Shown: positions 24,344 to 35,973 of the stretch, piece after piece | Layout: each line of letters opens with the position of its first letter | Position numbering within the stretch: the stretch's first letter is position 1 | Origin: the human T2T-CHM13v2.0 reference genome, Homo sapiens | Reading direction: 5' to 3' (one strand) | Assembly: GCF_009914755.1 (NCBI RefSeq) | Contig: NC_060935.1 | DNA: 64,000 nt | Made by a program: the position numbers and the translations under genes | The notes under the pieces: generated by a model | Databases searched by the model: none | What the model saw: the letters and a program-made list of their open reading frames with translations, nothing else | Told to the model about the DNA's origin: nothing

Positions 24344-24450
24344 GTGTGTGTATCTGTGTGTGTGTGTGTGTCTGTGCCTGTGTACATGCGTGTGCGGGGG
24401 TATGCCTGTGTGTGCGCATGCATGCGTGACTGTGAACCTGCATATGCACA
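24344..24450. repeat. Degenerate (TG)n low-complexity tract
   Basis: Alternating TG/CA/CG dinucleotides. Confidence 0.8.
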
Positions 24451-24619
24451 TAGTGGAGGGAGCACATAAGAGACAGAAGGTTTTATCAGACGACCTTCAC
24501 AATTCCATATTTTCAGGAAGTCTATAATTAAATGTTTTAACATGGGCCTTCAGGCACCACAATTAGCCATTGGAGAGACAGATTTGCTCAAGAAGTCTGC
24601 CTGGTGCACTTTTTCTTCG

Positions 24620-24960
24620 TTGAAAATTTTAAACCTTCAAAAATGTAATAAAAGTAGTGTATTGAACAGCTTCCCTCCATATTTACTATGCACCTTCTAA
24701 GAACAAGGCGTCTTCTTCCACAGCCACAACACAAGGTATGAATTCCAGAGACTTAGCCCAGATCCACTTCAGCCTCTGGAGTAGTCTGAATAATGTCCGT
24801 TATTACAGTCGCCTCACGACGGACCTGTCCGCTTAGCTGCGTTCTGTTGCCATATCTCTTTAGACTCTTCGTATCTGGAGCAGTGCTGTTGCCTTTGTCT
24901 TTCCTGACACTGACATTTTTGATGATGACAGACTGGTAGTGTTGGGCACTTTTCAGATGT
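24620..24960 (-). mobile_element. Old L1 (L1MC4/L1ME-like) 3' fragment
   Basis: CTAAGAACAAGG..CACAGCCACAACAC..CATATCTCTTTAGACTC..TCTGGAGCAG..TGACACTGACATTTTTGA. Confidence 0.6.
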
Positions 24961-25535
24961 TGCCCAAATCACCAGCAGCTAGATCTGCCTCTGGCATCTA
25001 ATACATATGGAAACCGCACGGTGGGATAGGAGGAACTCTGTGCCCTGGTGGCCTCAGGTCCCCGAGCCCTGCCCTGCTTGCAAGCACAACTTATGTGGGA
25101 GGCAGTGAGTGCCAGGAATGGATGCTCAAGGCCTGAAGTCTGTCCTGCCACTTCAGGCCATTTGAGTTTGCGCAGATCACCCGCCTCCCGTGGAGGTCCA
25201 CTTCCTCTTCTCTGCAGTGAGGACCTTTCGTGGCAGTGTTGGGAATGACATGGCATATTACAGGTAGAAGTCCTTAATAAACTCTAGCAAAGTGCTAGAC
25301 CAATGCAATCGTTTATTATTTATTTTTAACATATCAGCGAGGTGCCTGAAGCTAGAACTGCATAGTGAGATTGAAAAACTTGTGAGGAAAACTATGGGGA
25401 AAGATGAAAGCCAGGCTGGCCAGGCAGGACGGCTGCATACGCAGCCATACATGACCCTGAGCTCCTCTCCAGTTGTCAAGTGGTGATCCCTCTGTGCCCA
25501 CTTCCAAAGCCTCTGGTACCAGCAATGTCCATGGC

Positions 25536-25702
25536 TTATTGAGCATTTACTGAGGGTCAAGCGCTTTGCCAAGAGAAGCCCAAATTCTCATAAGAACCCA
25601 GAAAGTTCCTATGAGCAATATGTTAAGATGCAGAGATAGAGTTTCAGAGAGGTTACGCCATTTGCTCAACCTCATGCAGTCAGGAAATGTCAGGACTGAA
25701 CA
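25536..25702 (-). mobile_element. MIR fragment
   Basis: TTATTGAGCATTTACT..TCAGAGAGGTTACGCCATTTGCTCAA. Confidence 0.6.
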
Positions 25703-27599
25703 GCACATTACCAGCGCCCTGCAGAGGCCTGGCATCCTTGTCCCCTCCACTCCTCCTATGCCATCCTTGGTGGCCCTATAACACAGAGCCTTGTGACACA
25801 CAGCTGGTCAGCAAGCCTTACTATAAAGTCACAGTGTTGATTTGAATCTGCAAGTGATTAGCTCTCCTGAAGCAGGACCTTGTCTCTTCACTGATATGCA
25901 GATGTGTGCTAATAGGCTCCAGAGTCACCCTTCCCTCCACCACCTTCTCAGCTTTATTTATTTACTGACTTGATGAAGTGAAGAGGCTGGAGAACTAAGG
26001 AATTCATGAGCATTGCAGCTTCCGGGGCCCCTGGTAACAAACTCCCTGTCTCCCTTTTCCTGCCTGGGGCCCAGACTGGACCAGGGTTTGAGGGAGGAGA
26101 GAACACAGGTGCCTGACCATGTGCTGATGAGGCCCTGGACAGCCTTCTAAGGGCACACCCTGGGCACTCCTGAGTTGTCTCCATGTGGGTTTCAGTGGGG
26201 TCTGGTGGCTGGACGGCCTGACCATCACAGGGGTAGGTGGCTTAGCCCTCTGGCTCTGGGCAGTGCCCAGGTCTGGCCCAGCGCTGACCACTCAGCTTTC
26301 TGCTCTCTGGTATTTCTGCTCTATTCAACACAGAAGCCATGAGGGCAGCTGAGGCCCCAAGGGCAAGGTCTTCTGAGTCCTGCTTGATCACGGCAGACAA
26401 AGAGGAGCATTTGAAACAGATGCCCTTCCTCCCGTACTCCCTCTCCCAGTGTGGAGCTGTGAGATGCAGGAAAGGCCTGACTACTGGGGCTAGGAGTTTT
26501 AGACATTCTACTGCCCAATGCTGCTACATGTCACAGTTCCTCAAAGGCATTGCTCTTTTCTTCCTTCTCTCTCTCTTCCTCTTCTCCCATCTCTTTCTTT
26601 GGCAAGAGCCCTTGGAGCTCCTGTTTCTTTTCCACCTTGGGGAAGAGGTTGTCACTGGATCTGTCCACTTTCTATGACTGAGCCTCTCGTGTCTGGACTT
26701 CTGACACTCCGTGTGAAGCAGAGGCATGGCCAGAAGCGAGGCTAGAACAAGGCTGTCCGGGGCGGGGCCTGCACATCGGTGCATGGAGAGAGAGTGGTTC
26801 AGGAGCCCCACAAGCAGCTACCTTCGGCTAACACGTCCGTCTTCTTGCACACAGCTTCCTCTGACATCATTTTATCATAGTTATTGCAGCTATCATGTTA
26901 CATGATTGCTTTTAAAATAAAAAATATCTCATTTCTGGAGAAAGTGCTCACAGAGAGCAGCTGCTGCCCCTGTCCACTCTCTTCTCCATTCATGCTCTGT
27001 GCCCACTCAGGGCTGGAATCCCCTCTAGGCCACCGTCGTTTGCTCCATGATCTGCTCACAGATGGAAGTCAGCCCCCCTGACATTTGGGAATCTGCTGCC
27101 TCCCACATCAGAACCTGCTCCCTCCAGCTCTTCACCCATTTCCTCCCCTGTGCTTGAGTCCAGATAGCCTCCATGTGCAAAGACACAGAAGGGCGTTCCA
27201 TGCATGAAAAGAAGAAAGTGCAATGGAAAGAAGTAGGGAGGGGGTGCCTGTGGAGTCAAGCCCAAACTCTAGATCAAATGGAGGAAAGGGTTGTCATCGT
27301 GCCTGCCAATCCCAATCATTTTTACGGCCTTTAGAAGGTACTGGGTTGAGAAGGATTCCAAAGCCAAGTCTGGGCTCCACAAGATAGGCAGCCGTGATTG
27401 ATTGATAATGTCCACTTCTGGGCGTGGACACAGAAGTGCGGGCATGCTGCCTGCCCAGCTTTCAGCGGTGCCTTTCCCAGGAGCTGATCGCTGTGCCTCT
27501 GATTATGCTTCTTCCTCTGCCATTTGTGTCCAGTTTCTCCCATTTCCCTCTGACGGCTTCTAGATAACTAGTGCCCCCTAGTAAGGTAGTAAGAAATAT

Positions 27600-27766
27600 T
27601 GTAAAAATGTTACAGCATCTGTATCGCTTGAAACTTCTTTGAAATGTAAAATCTTGGGTCTCACCACAGATAATACTGACTTGGAAACTCTGGGGTGAGC
27701 TCCAGAGAGCTGGGTTCTGATGGCCCTCCCAGTCACCCTGATGCAGGCTGACATTGAGAACCACTG
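27600..27766 (+). mobile_element. MER5A-like relic
   Basis: GAAATGTAAAATCTTGGG..GAAACTCTGGGGTG..ATTGAGAACCACTG terminus. Confidence 0.65.
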
Positions 27767-28290
27767 TTTGTTAGGAGAATTTCGAGGCATGGGCTTTCCG
27801 ATGGAGAAGGCTAGTGCTGATGTTTGACTAACTCCTTTTTTGTTTTTAACAAAGTCATGCAAAGGTGAATCTACTAGTTTAGGATTCTCTGAGTGAAGCG
27901 CCTTGAGAAAGAACGATATTTTATAGCAATATTCAGCGGCAGATTTTTATCGAGCTTCAGTAAATCCCTCCTGGACAAGGGGAGATGAGGCTCTCTGGGT
28001 GACTGCAAGATGTGAACCCAGACAAAGACAGTCCAGGAGCCCTGACCCCCCATCCTTCTCTGGTATTTACGTCTCTGTGTTGGCCGTCACAGCACCTTGC
28101 CCTCCCTCACCAAGGGCTGGCCTGCTCATGAAATTGACATTTTGGATTTTACCAAAATGAATCGGAAAAGATACCAGATATGGGCTGTTAGAGAAACATG
28201 GGAATACCTAATAACATGAACTTTTCTGTGGATTTGAGCACATCTATGTATGTGTCTATGTACTTGTCTGTGTATGTGTGTTTCTGTGTC

Positions 28291-30019
28291 TGTGAGTGCC
28301 TGTGTGTGTGTGCGTCTGTGTAGGCATGTGTGCCTCTGTGTCTGTGTGTGAGATCATGCCTGTGTCTGTGTCTGTGAGTGCCTGTGTGTGTGTGTGCGTC
28401 TGTGTAGGCATGTGTGCCTCTGTGTCTGTGTGTGAGATCATGCCTGTGTCTGTGTCTGTAAGTGCCTGTGTGTGTGTCTGTGTAGGCATGCATGCCTCTG
28501 TGTCTGTGTGTGAGATCATGCCCGTGTCTGTGTCTGTGAGTGCCTCTGTGTGTGTGTGTGGGTCTGTGTAGGCATGTGTGCCTCTGTATCTGTGTGTGAG
28601 ATCATGGCTGTGTCTGTGTCTGTGAGTGCCTGTGTGTGTGTGCGCTTCTGTGTAGGCATGTGTGCCTCTGTGTCTGTGTGTGAGATCGTGTCTGTGTCTG
28701 TGAGTGCCTGTGTGTGTGTGTGCGTCTGTGTAGGAATGTGTGCCTCTGTGTCTGTGTGTGAGATCGTGTCTGTGTCTGTGAGTGCCTGTGTGTGTGTGTG
28801 CGTCTGTGTAGGCATGTGTGCCTCTGTGTCTGTGTGTGAGATCATGCCTGTGTCTGTTTCTGTGAGTGCCTGTGTGTGTGTGTGTGTGTGTCTGTGTAGG
28901 CATGTGTGCCTCTGTGTCTGTGTGTGAGATCATGCCTGTGTCTGTGTCTGTGAGTGCCTGTGTGTGTGTGTGTCTGTGTAGGCATGTGTGCCTCTGTGTC
29001 TGTGTGTGAGATCATATCTGTGTCTGTGTCTGTGAGTGCCTGTGTGTGTGCACGTCTGTGTAGGCATGTGTGCCTCTGTGTCTGTGTGAGATCATGGCTG
29101 TGTCTGTGTCTGTGAGTGCCTGTGTGTGTGTCTGTGTAGGCATGTGTGCCTCTGTGTCTGTGTGTGAGATCATGCCTGTGTCTGTGTCTGTGAGTGCCTG
29201 TGTGTGTGTGTGTGTCTGTGTAGGCATGTGTGCCTCTGTGTCTGTGTGTGAGATCATGCCTGTGTCTGTGTCTGTGAGTGCCTGTGTGTGTGTGTGTGTC
29301 TGTGTAGGCATGTGTGCCTCTGTGTCTGTGTGTGAGATCATGCCTGTGTCTGTGTCTGTGAGTGCCTGTGTGTGTGTGCATATGTTTGCATAGGCATGTG
29401 TGCCTCTGTGTCTGTGTGTGAGATCATGCCTATGTCTATGTGAGTGCCTGTGTGTGTGTGTGTGTGTCTGTGTGTCTGTGTAGGCATGTGTGCCTCTGTG
29501 TCTGTGTGTGAGATCATGCCTGTGTCTGTGTCTGTGAGTGCCTGTGTGTGTGTGCGTCTGTGTAGGCATGTGTGCCTCTGTGTCTGTGTGTGAGATCATG
29601 CCTGTGTCTGTGTCTGTGAGTGCCTGTGTGTGTGTGCGTCTGTGTAGGCATGTGTGCCTCTGTGTCTGTGTGTGAGATCATGCCTGTGTCTGTGTCTGTG
29701 AGTGCCTGTGTGTGTGTGTGTCTGTGTAGGCATGTGTGCCTCTGTGTCTGTGTGTGTGAGATCATGCCTATGTCTATGTGAGTGCCTGTGTGTGTGTGTG
29801 TGTGTCTGTGTAGGCATGTGTGCCTCTGTGTCTGTGTGTGAGATCATGCCTGTGTCTGTGTCTGTGAGTGCCTGTGTGTACCTGTGTAGGCATGTGTGCT
29901 TCTGTGTCTGTGTGTGAGATCATGTCTGTGTCTGTGAGTGCCTGTGTGTGTCTGTGTAGGCATGTGTGCCTCTGTATCTGTGTGTGAGATCATGCCTGTG
30001 TCTGTGTCTGGGAGTGCCT

Positions 30020-30051
<32 letters not shown>

Positions 30052-30495
30052 CTGTGTAGGCATGTGTGCCTCTGTGTCTGTGTGTGAGATCATGTCTGTG
30101 TCTGTGTCTGTGAGTGCCTGTGTGTGTGCGTCTGTGTAGGCATGTGTGCCTCTGTGTGTGAGATCATGCCTGTGTCTGTGTCTGTGAGTGCCTGTGTGTG
30201 TGTGCATATGTTTGTGTAGGCATGTGTGCCTCTGTGTCTGTGTGTGAGATCATGCCTATGTCTATGTCTGTGAGTGCCTGTGTGTGTGTGTGTCTGTGTG
30301 TCTGTGTAGGCATGTGTGCCTCTGTGTGTGTGAGATCATGTCTGTGTCTGTGTCTGTGAGTGCCTGTGTATGCATATGTCTGTGTAGGCATGTGTGCCTC
30401 TGTGTCTGTGTGTGAGATCATGCCTGTGTCTGTGTCTGTGAGTGCCTGTGTGTGTGTGTGTCTGTGTAGGCATGTGTGCCTCTGTGTCTGTGTGT
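28291..30495. repeat. Large TG-rich minisatellite, ~26-27 units of mostly ~70-100 bp (about 83 on average)
   Basis: 26 counted GAGATC anchors between 28350 and 30414. Unit: TGTGAGTGCC(TG)n..TCTGTGTAGGCATGTGTGCCTCTGTGTCTGTGTGTGAGATCATGCCTGTGTCTGTGTC. Confidence 0.97.
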
Positions 30496-31220
30496 TTGTC
30501 TTCTTCTGTGTCTGTGAGTGCCTGTGTGTGTGTGAGCATGCGTGCTCCTGTGTGTGTTTCTGTGTCTGTCTGTATGTATCTGTGTGTGCCTGTGTGTGAA
30601 CATGTGTGCTTCTGTGTGTTTGTGTCTCCTTGTGTGTGTGAGCATGCGTGTGTCTGTGTATCTGTGTGTGTGTGTGTATTTCTGTGTCTCTGTGTGTGTG
30701 CGCCTGTGTCTGTGTGTTTGTGTGTGCCTGCGTGCATGTGAGCATGTGTGTGTCTCTGTGTATGTCTCCTTGTGTGTGGGTATGAGCATGCGTGCATCTG
30801 TGTCTGTGTGTTTGTGAGTGCTTGTGTGTGTGGTGGGAGCATGTGTGTGTGTGTATGTCTCCTTGTGTGTGTGTGGTGGGAGCATGTGTGCATCTGTGTC
30901 TGTGTGTTTGTGAGTGTGGTGGGAGCATGTGTGTTTCTGTGTCTGTGTGTATGTCTCCCTGTGTGTGTGAGCGTGTGTGTTTCTGTGTCTGTATATCTCC
31001 CTGTGTGTGTGAGCGTGTGTGTTTCTGTGTCTGTGTGTATGTCTCCCTGTGTGTGTGAGCGTGTGTGTTTCTGTGTCTGTGTGTATGTCTCCCTGTGTGT
31101 GTGAGCGTGTGTGTTTCTGTGTCTGTGTGTATGTCTCCCTGTGTGTGTGAGCGTGTGTGCGTCTGTGTCTGTGTGTCTCCTTGCGTGTGTCTGTGTGTGT
31201 GTCGTGTGTGTGTGTGTGTT
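30496..31220. repeat. Degenerate TG-rich tract ending in a second ~46-bp minisatellite (~5 copies)
   Basis: GAGCGTGTGTGTTTCTGTGTCTGTGTGTATGTCTCCCTGTGTGTGT recurs, with CTCCCT near 30955, 30997, 31043, 31089 and 31135. Confidence 0.92.
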
Positions 31221-31479
31221 CTCACCCTCACCCTGTGGCTAGAGAACCCGGCTAAGTGAAAAGCAATTGGTAGGCTGAGCTGACCAGTCCTTCCAATCTC
31301 AAGTGCTGTCTCTGGAAAAAGTACACCGAGGACCCAGCCCCTAGGGCTGCAGGCAGAACCGACGCACCTAGTGACACCTTTCACCCGCCCTCCACGGGCA
31401 GTGGCTGGGTCATCACTGGGTCATCTCCCTGGCACGAGGGATGCCTGGCTGACTCCTGCAAGGTCTCACCCGTTCCTGA

Positions 31480-31625
31480 TCTGAACGCCTTCCTCTGTGA
31501 GCTACTGATGGAGGCAGCCCTGCTGGCATGCTGTATAGCTGAGGAGCCTCTGGTTTCCTTCCTGGAAAATGGGGCAATACCTGCCTGGAAGGCTGCTGTG
31601 AGGACTAATCTAAGAATCTCTGTAC
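31480..31625 (+). mobile_element. MIR fragment
   Basis: GGTTTCCTTCCTGGAAAATGGGGCAATACCTGCC..GGCTGCTGTGAGGACTAA. Confidence 0.6.
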
Positions 31626-33284
31626 AAAAACAGCAGCTGTGGTTGCAGGCCACAGGGGGTGTTCTGCAAGGACCCCGAAGGACCCATTCAGAAGAGCCTT
31701 CACCTGCTCCTGCTATCCTAACCCCATCGGCTGCAGGGAGTCCTGGGAGGCTGAGGGCCCTCCCTCCTCGTGGCACGCATGCAGCTGCAGAGCTGGAGAG
31801 CGGAGCCCTCTCCTCTGCCAGCCTGCTCAGGACTGTGACCCTGGGTGGGGACCAGGGAGCCTGCCGGCCTTAAACCCTGCAAAGTAGAGGAGCCCAGCAT
31901 GAGCCCGGTTCTCACTTCCCCTGCAGGCCACTGACACGGAGAGCGGGTCCTTCCTTGTTACTGCACCCTGAGCGCATCTCTGCTGCAATTTGCTCTCAGC
32001 GCCTCCACTGAAAGTTGCCTGCATCCATTCAGTTCTGACAGCCATATCCGAAATCAGCTCCCTCTCGGTGCTGGATCCCCTTTGGCTCCTGGAGGCCCAA
32101 GAGAGGGGCCGACCCAGTACCTACTGGATCACGGTGGCAGCCGCTGTTTCCTGGGAAGCATGTTGCGCCCACACTCCCTCTGCACATTTTACCTACCAGC
32201 CGGGACTGAGATGTGAAATGGGATGAGCTGGAAAAGGCAGGTAGATGTCGTACACATCCCAACACCAGCTCCCCACCGTTCTCTCTCTATCACGCAAGCA
32301 CGTGCAAGGACGCAGGCCCATACCACTTTCTAGGAATTCTGTGGCGAAAATAACAACCCACAGTCATCTGCACAGCAATTATTATTCATTATAACTGAAC
32401 TTTCCCTCTAAAACCGAAGCTTCCCTTTCTTACTGCAAAACCCAACCAGAAGGTCTGCATGCTTTATTCCTAATCAAAAGAAGAATGCTAACACCTCCCT
32501 GGCAGAGCATCACTCTCCGCGCTTCAGCAGCCCCTGGCTTTGTTTCTCTGGTTTTTGCTCCTCTGAAGTGAGGTGAGAAAGGGACTGGGGATGTGCACAT
32601 CACAGGAGCCCCTTCGGCAGGGCTGTCTGCAGCGGGGCACTGTGCAGGGTGCACGGGAGGAGGGGAAACAACCTCTGCCCTCCAGCTCTGGTACCTAAGT
32701 CCCCTCTTGGGAAATGAAGGGATAATGCAATAGGCTCCAGAAGGAATCTGACCAGGTTGATGCCTTAGGAGCTGAGAGTGGAGGTGAAGGGGAGGAGGCA
32801 CATCAAGGGGGCTGATGGACCCTAATTGTGCATGATAGGGTGGGTTTGTAGTTGCAGAAATAGACCCTGGATGTGTCCGAGGTTCACTCTGTCAATGTAT
32901 TCACACTAAACCTGCCCTGCAGAGGGCTGGAACGTGAATAAAAAATCCTATCATGATTGCTCTGGAGGGGGCTGGCACGAGTGAGGCGACCTGATCCCCA
33001 CGTCAGCATTCATGCTCATATTTTGGGGTGATGCAGGGCGATGCCAAAGAGCAGGTGGCTGGAAGTTTTAGAGGAAGGTCCCCTGGGGGGCACTCTGGGT
33101 TGTCCTTTGTCATTGGAGCTGATGGCGTCCTAGGCTGACTTCTCCCCGGGGTCTTCCCAGCCCTGGTGCGTGTTGCTTTGTGAGGCGCTGATCTGCTGGA
33201 GGGTGGGATGTACTTGCACTTAGAAAGGGCGTTCTGAAGGGCAGGCGGTGGCAAGAGGTTATTGGGACTGAATCAAACCCCACT

Positions 33285-33405
33285 TGCTTTGGAGTTCAGC
33301 AGAGTTGGGTTCTAATTCTAACTCTACTACTTACTGGCTGGCCGTGTGAGGAGAATTCGAGATCACTTAACCTCGCCTAACTTCATTGCTTCATTCTGTC
33401 TGTGG
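33285..33405 (+). mobile_element. MIR fragment
   Basis: GCTTTGGAG..GGGTTCTAATTCTAACTCTACTACTTACTGGCTG..CACTTAACCTC. Confidence 0.7.
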
Positions 33406-34581
33406 AATTGGGAGAACCCCCTCTGGATTTTGCTGTGGGAGTGAAATGAGCTCCTGTGTGTGGGGCTCTGAGGCACGGGCCCCGGGGAGAGCAACGTGGG
33501 GTGAGCAGCCTTCACCACGAGGACGTCCTGACGACAGTGACTCTCTCTGGCTCTGCCAACCTGACCACAGCGATCCAGGGAGGATCCTCCTGGCTGGGTG
33601 GCAAGTGACGTCTCTGAGATTATAAAGCTATAGTCACACACCCCCTCCCCACCTGGAAACTATAGAAAGGCAGTTCCCCCACACTCCCTAGTGGGTAGCC
33701 TGCTCCACTCTGCCTGGAAACCTTTTCTCAACAGCCTCTGAGCTGCTGGCAGCATCCCCTGGTGCCCTCCCCAGCCTGCAGCTTCCAGGGAGCTGGGAGG
33801 AGCATGCCCTTGGACTGTCTCTGTCCTCTGGCTGACACAGCCGCTTCCTTTATGTAGGACACTGGCCCCTCATTTGCTCAGCTTTGGGACCTGCAGGTGG
33901 ACATTTGGCCCAGTCCCAGGCTGGAGGCCCTGCGGCTTTCCCAGGCCTGCTCATCATGCCACCTCCCTGCCTCTGTTTGAGAAGCCTCCTTTCCCTAACA
34001 TTCCTGCATTCCTAGAGAGCAGAGGGCCTCTGGAGGCAGCAGTGCATACCCTGGCCCTGGAGATGACCCGTGCAAGATACAGGCTGGGCCAACTCCTTGG
34101 GACTCCATGTCTCCAGCTGTGTAGGACAACGACACTCCCAGCCCCACCATGGTGAAGAGCCTGAGTTGGAGGTGGGCAAGAAGACCAAGGGCATGAGTGA
34201 GCCTCAGGGGTGAGTGAGCCCCCACTAGGGTGAACGTGAATCTGTTCTGTGGACGCTGGCCCAGAGCCCAGAAGGAAGACCCACTCCGAGCTGCTCAGGG
34301 CTGGGATAGGACCATCTAGGTGGAAGGCTCAACCCAAGAATGAGCTTTCTAGAAATTCTAAGTTGGAGTGAATTTTTAAAACAATAGCTTCCATAGGTGT
34401 CATGTGTAATTGTTACAAAGCCCCTGGGAAGAGGGATTAATGGTGGCCCTTTGAGATCCTTGCAGAAGCCCAGCAGTTGGGCCCTTGACAAGAACAATCA
34501 GCTTGGGGGGCAGCTAGCACTGCCCAACCCCAGTCAGTCCTTCCTGATGCACTCCTCAAGCCAGATGAGGCTCCCCAGCCA

Positions 34582-34662
34582 GCATCCATGGGAAGCAGCT
34601 GGGGGCTCATGGAGAGTCGGGCATCCATGGGAAGCAGCTGGGGGCTCATGGAGAGTCGGGCA
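34582..34662. repeat. Perfect 39-bp tandem duplication
   Basis: GCATCCATGGGAAGCAGCTGGGGGCTCATGGAGAGTCGG at 34582 and 34621, followed by GCA. Confidence 0.95.
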
Positions 34663-34714
34663 GGCAGGCTGACAGCACTCAGACTTCCCCAGAACTGAAT
34701 GGCAATGTGGGGTC

Positions 34715-35170
34715 ATGGCAGTTTGTCTCTGATCCCGTCTGTTTCTGACCCTCTATTTACTCTGCTGCAAACACATTGGCCTCCATCTTCAGCTGGTCCC
34801 CTGTACGCCAAGCACATTCCTGCCTCAGGGCCTTTGTGCTTTCTACTTTTCTGCTGGCAGTGCTCCGCCCCCTCGTAGCAAGTGAATAGCTCCTTCACTT
34901 CTTATCAGAAATGCCCGCCAATCGCCCTATTTCAGTAGACACAGAGCCACAGCACACTCTCTCCTTACCTTTTTTTAAAAAAATCATTTTGCTTAAGGAT
35001 TTCAATGTGACATAGTAGCATTCACTTGTTTATTTGTTTAGTGTCAATCTACCTCCACAAAAATAGAAGTTCCACACGAGCAGGGACATTGTTTTGTTCA
35101 CTTTTTCACCCATAGTGTCTAGAATATCGGCATAAAGAAGACACTCAATATATAAGTTTTTAGAATCAAG
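34715..35170 (+). mobile_element. L2 (L2a-like) 3' end
   Basis: CACATTGGCCTCC..CCTGCCTCAGGGCCTTTG..GCAGGGACATTGTTTTGTTCAC..GTGTCTAGAA..CACTCAATA. Confidence 0.8.
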
Positions 35171-35477
35171 TCATGGTAACTAGAGGGTTTTTCCAGCTCT
35201 GACATCCCACAGCCTTGTCCTACATAAGAAGTGCTATCCTGGGCTCAGGATGCTTACAAAGAAGTCTGGAGTTGGCCCTGCCTCCCAGGATCTTCCCATG
35301 TCAAAGGAGTGGGAGGAGGAACACATAAGGGGCTAAACAGACAGGGGCTGATGAGGGTCCCCTCCCCAGTCCCCACCAGAGAGCTACAGGCCACAGGCCA
35401 CAGACCACGGTCTCCCAGGAGGCCTCTCTCAGAGCAGGCTGGGCCTGGGAACTTGCTCACCATCCTGTCAGGAACTA

Positions 35478-35973
35478 CAGTTGACCCTCAAATAATGCGG
35501 TGGTTGGGGGTGCCGACCCCTTGCTTAGTTGAAAATTCATGTATAACTTTTGACTTCTCAAAAATTTAAGTCCTAATAATTTACTGTTGCCCAGAAGCCT
35601 TGCTGAGAACATGAACTGTCAATTAACATGGATTTTGCATGTTATGTGTTATATACCATAATCTCACAATAAAGTAAGCTAGAGGAAAGAAAATGGTATT
35701 AAGAAAATAGTAAGGAAGGGAAAATGTATTTACTATTAATCAAATGGAAGTGGACCATCATAAAGGTCTTCATCCTCGCCATGTTCACCATGAGTAGGCT
35801 GAGGAGGAAGAGGAGGAGGAGGAAGGAGAATCGGTCCTGCTGTCTCAAGGGTGGCGGAGGCAGAAGAGGAGGAGGCAGGAAGTGCAGGCACTCTTGGTGT
35901 AACTTTTACTTTATGTGGATCCACGTATAAGTGGATCCGTGCAGTTCAAATCATGTTGTTCAAGGGTCAACCG
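35478..35973 (-). mobile_element. Tigger2-derived non-autonomous DNA transposon (Tigger2a/MER28-like)
   Basis: Terminal inverted repeats CAGTTGACCCTCAAATAA ... TTGTTCAAGGGTCAACCG, preceded by TA; internal AAATGGAAGTGGACCATCATAAAGGTCTTCATCCTC and a GAG run. Confidence 0.88.

Noticed and set aside
28291-30495. Regularly spaced repeats as a CRISPR array (also the 67-bp and 45-bp arrays)
   Set aside because: The units are head-to-tail with no unique spacers, there are no cas genes, and the DNA is primate.
28188-31384. Many long ORFs up to 406 aa (THTH/HRHR/VCVC-rich)
   Set aside because: These are translations of the TG/CA repeat, which is poor in stop codons; there is no domain content or exon structure.
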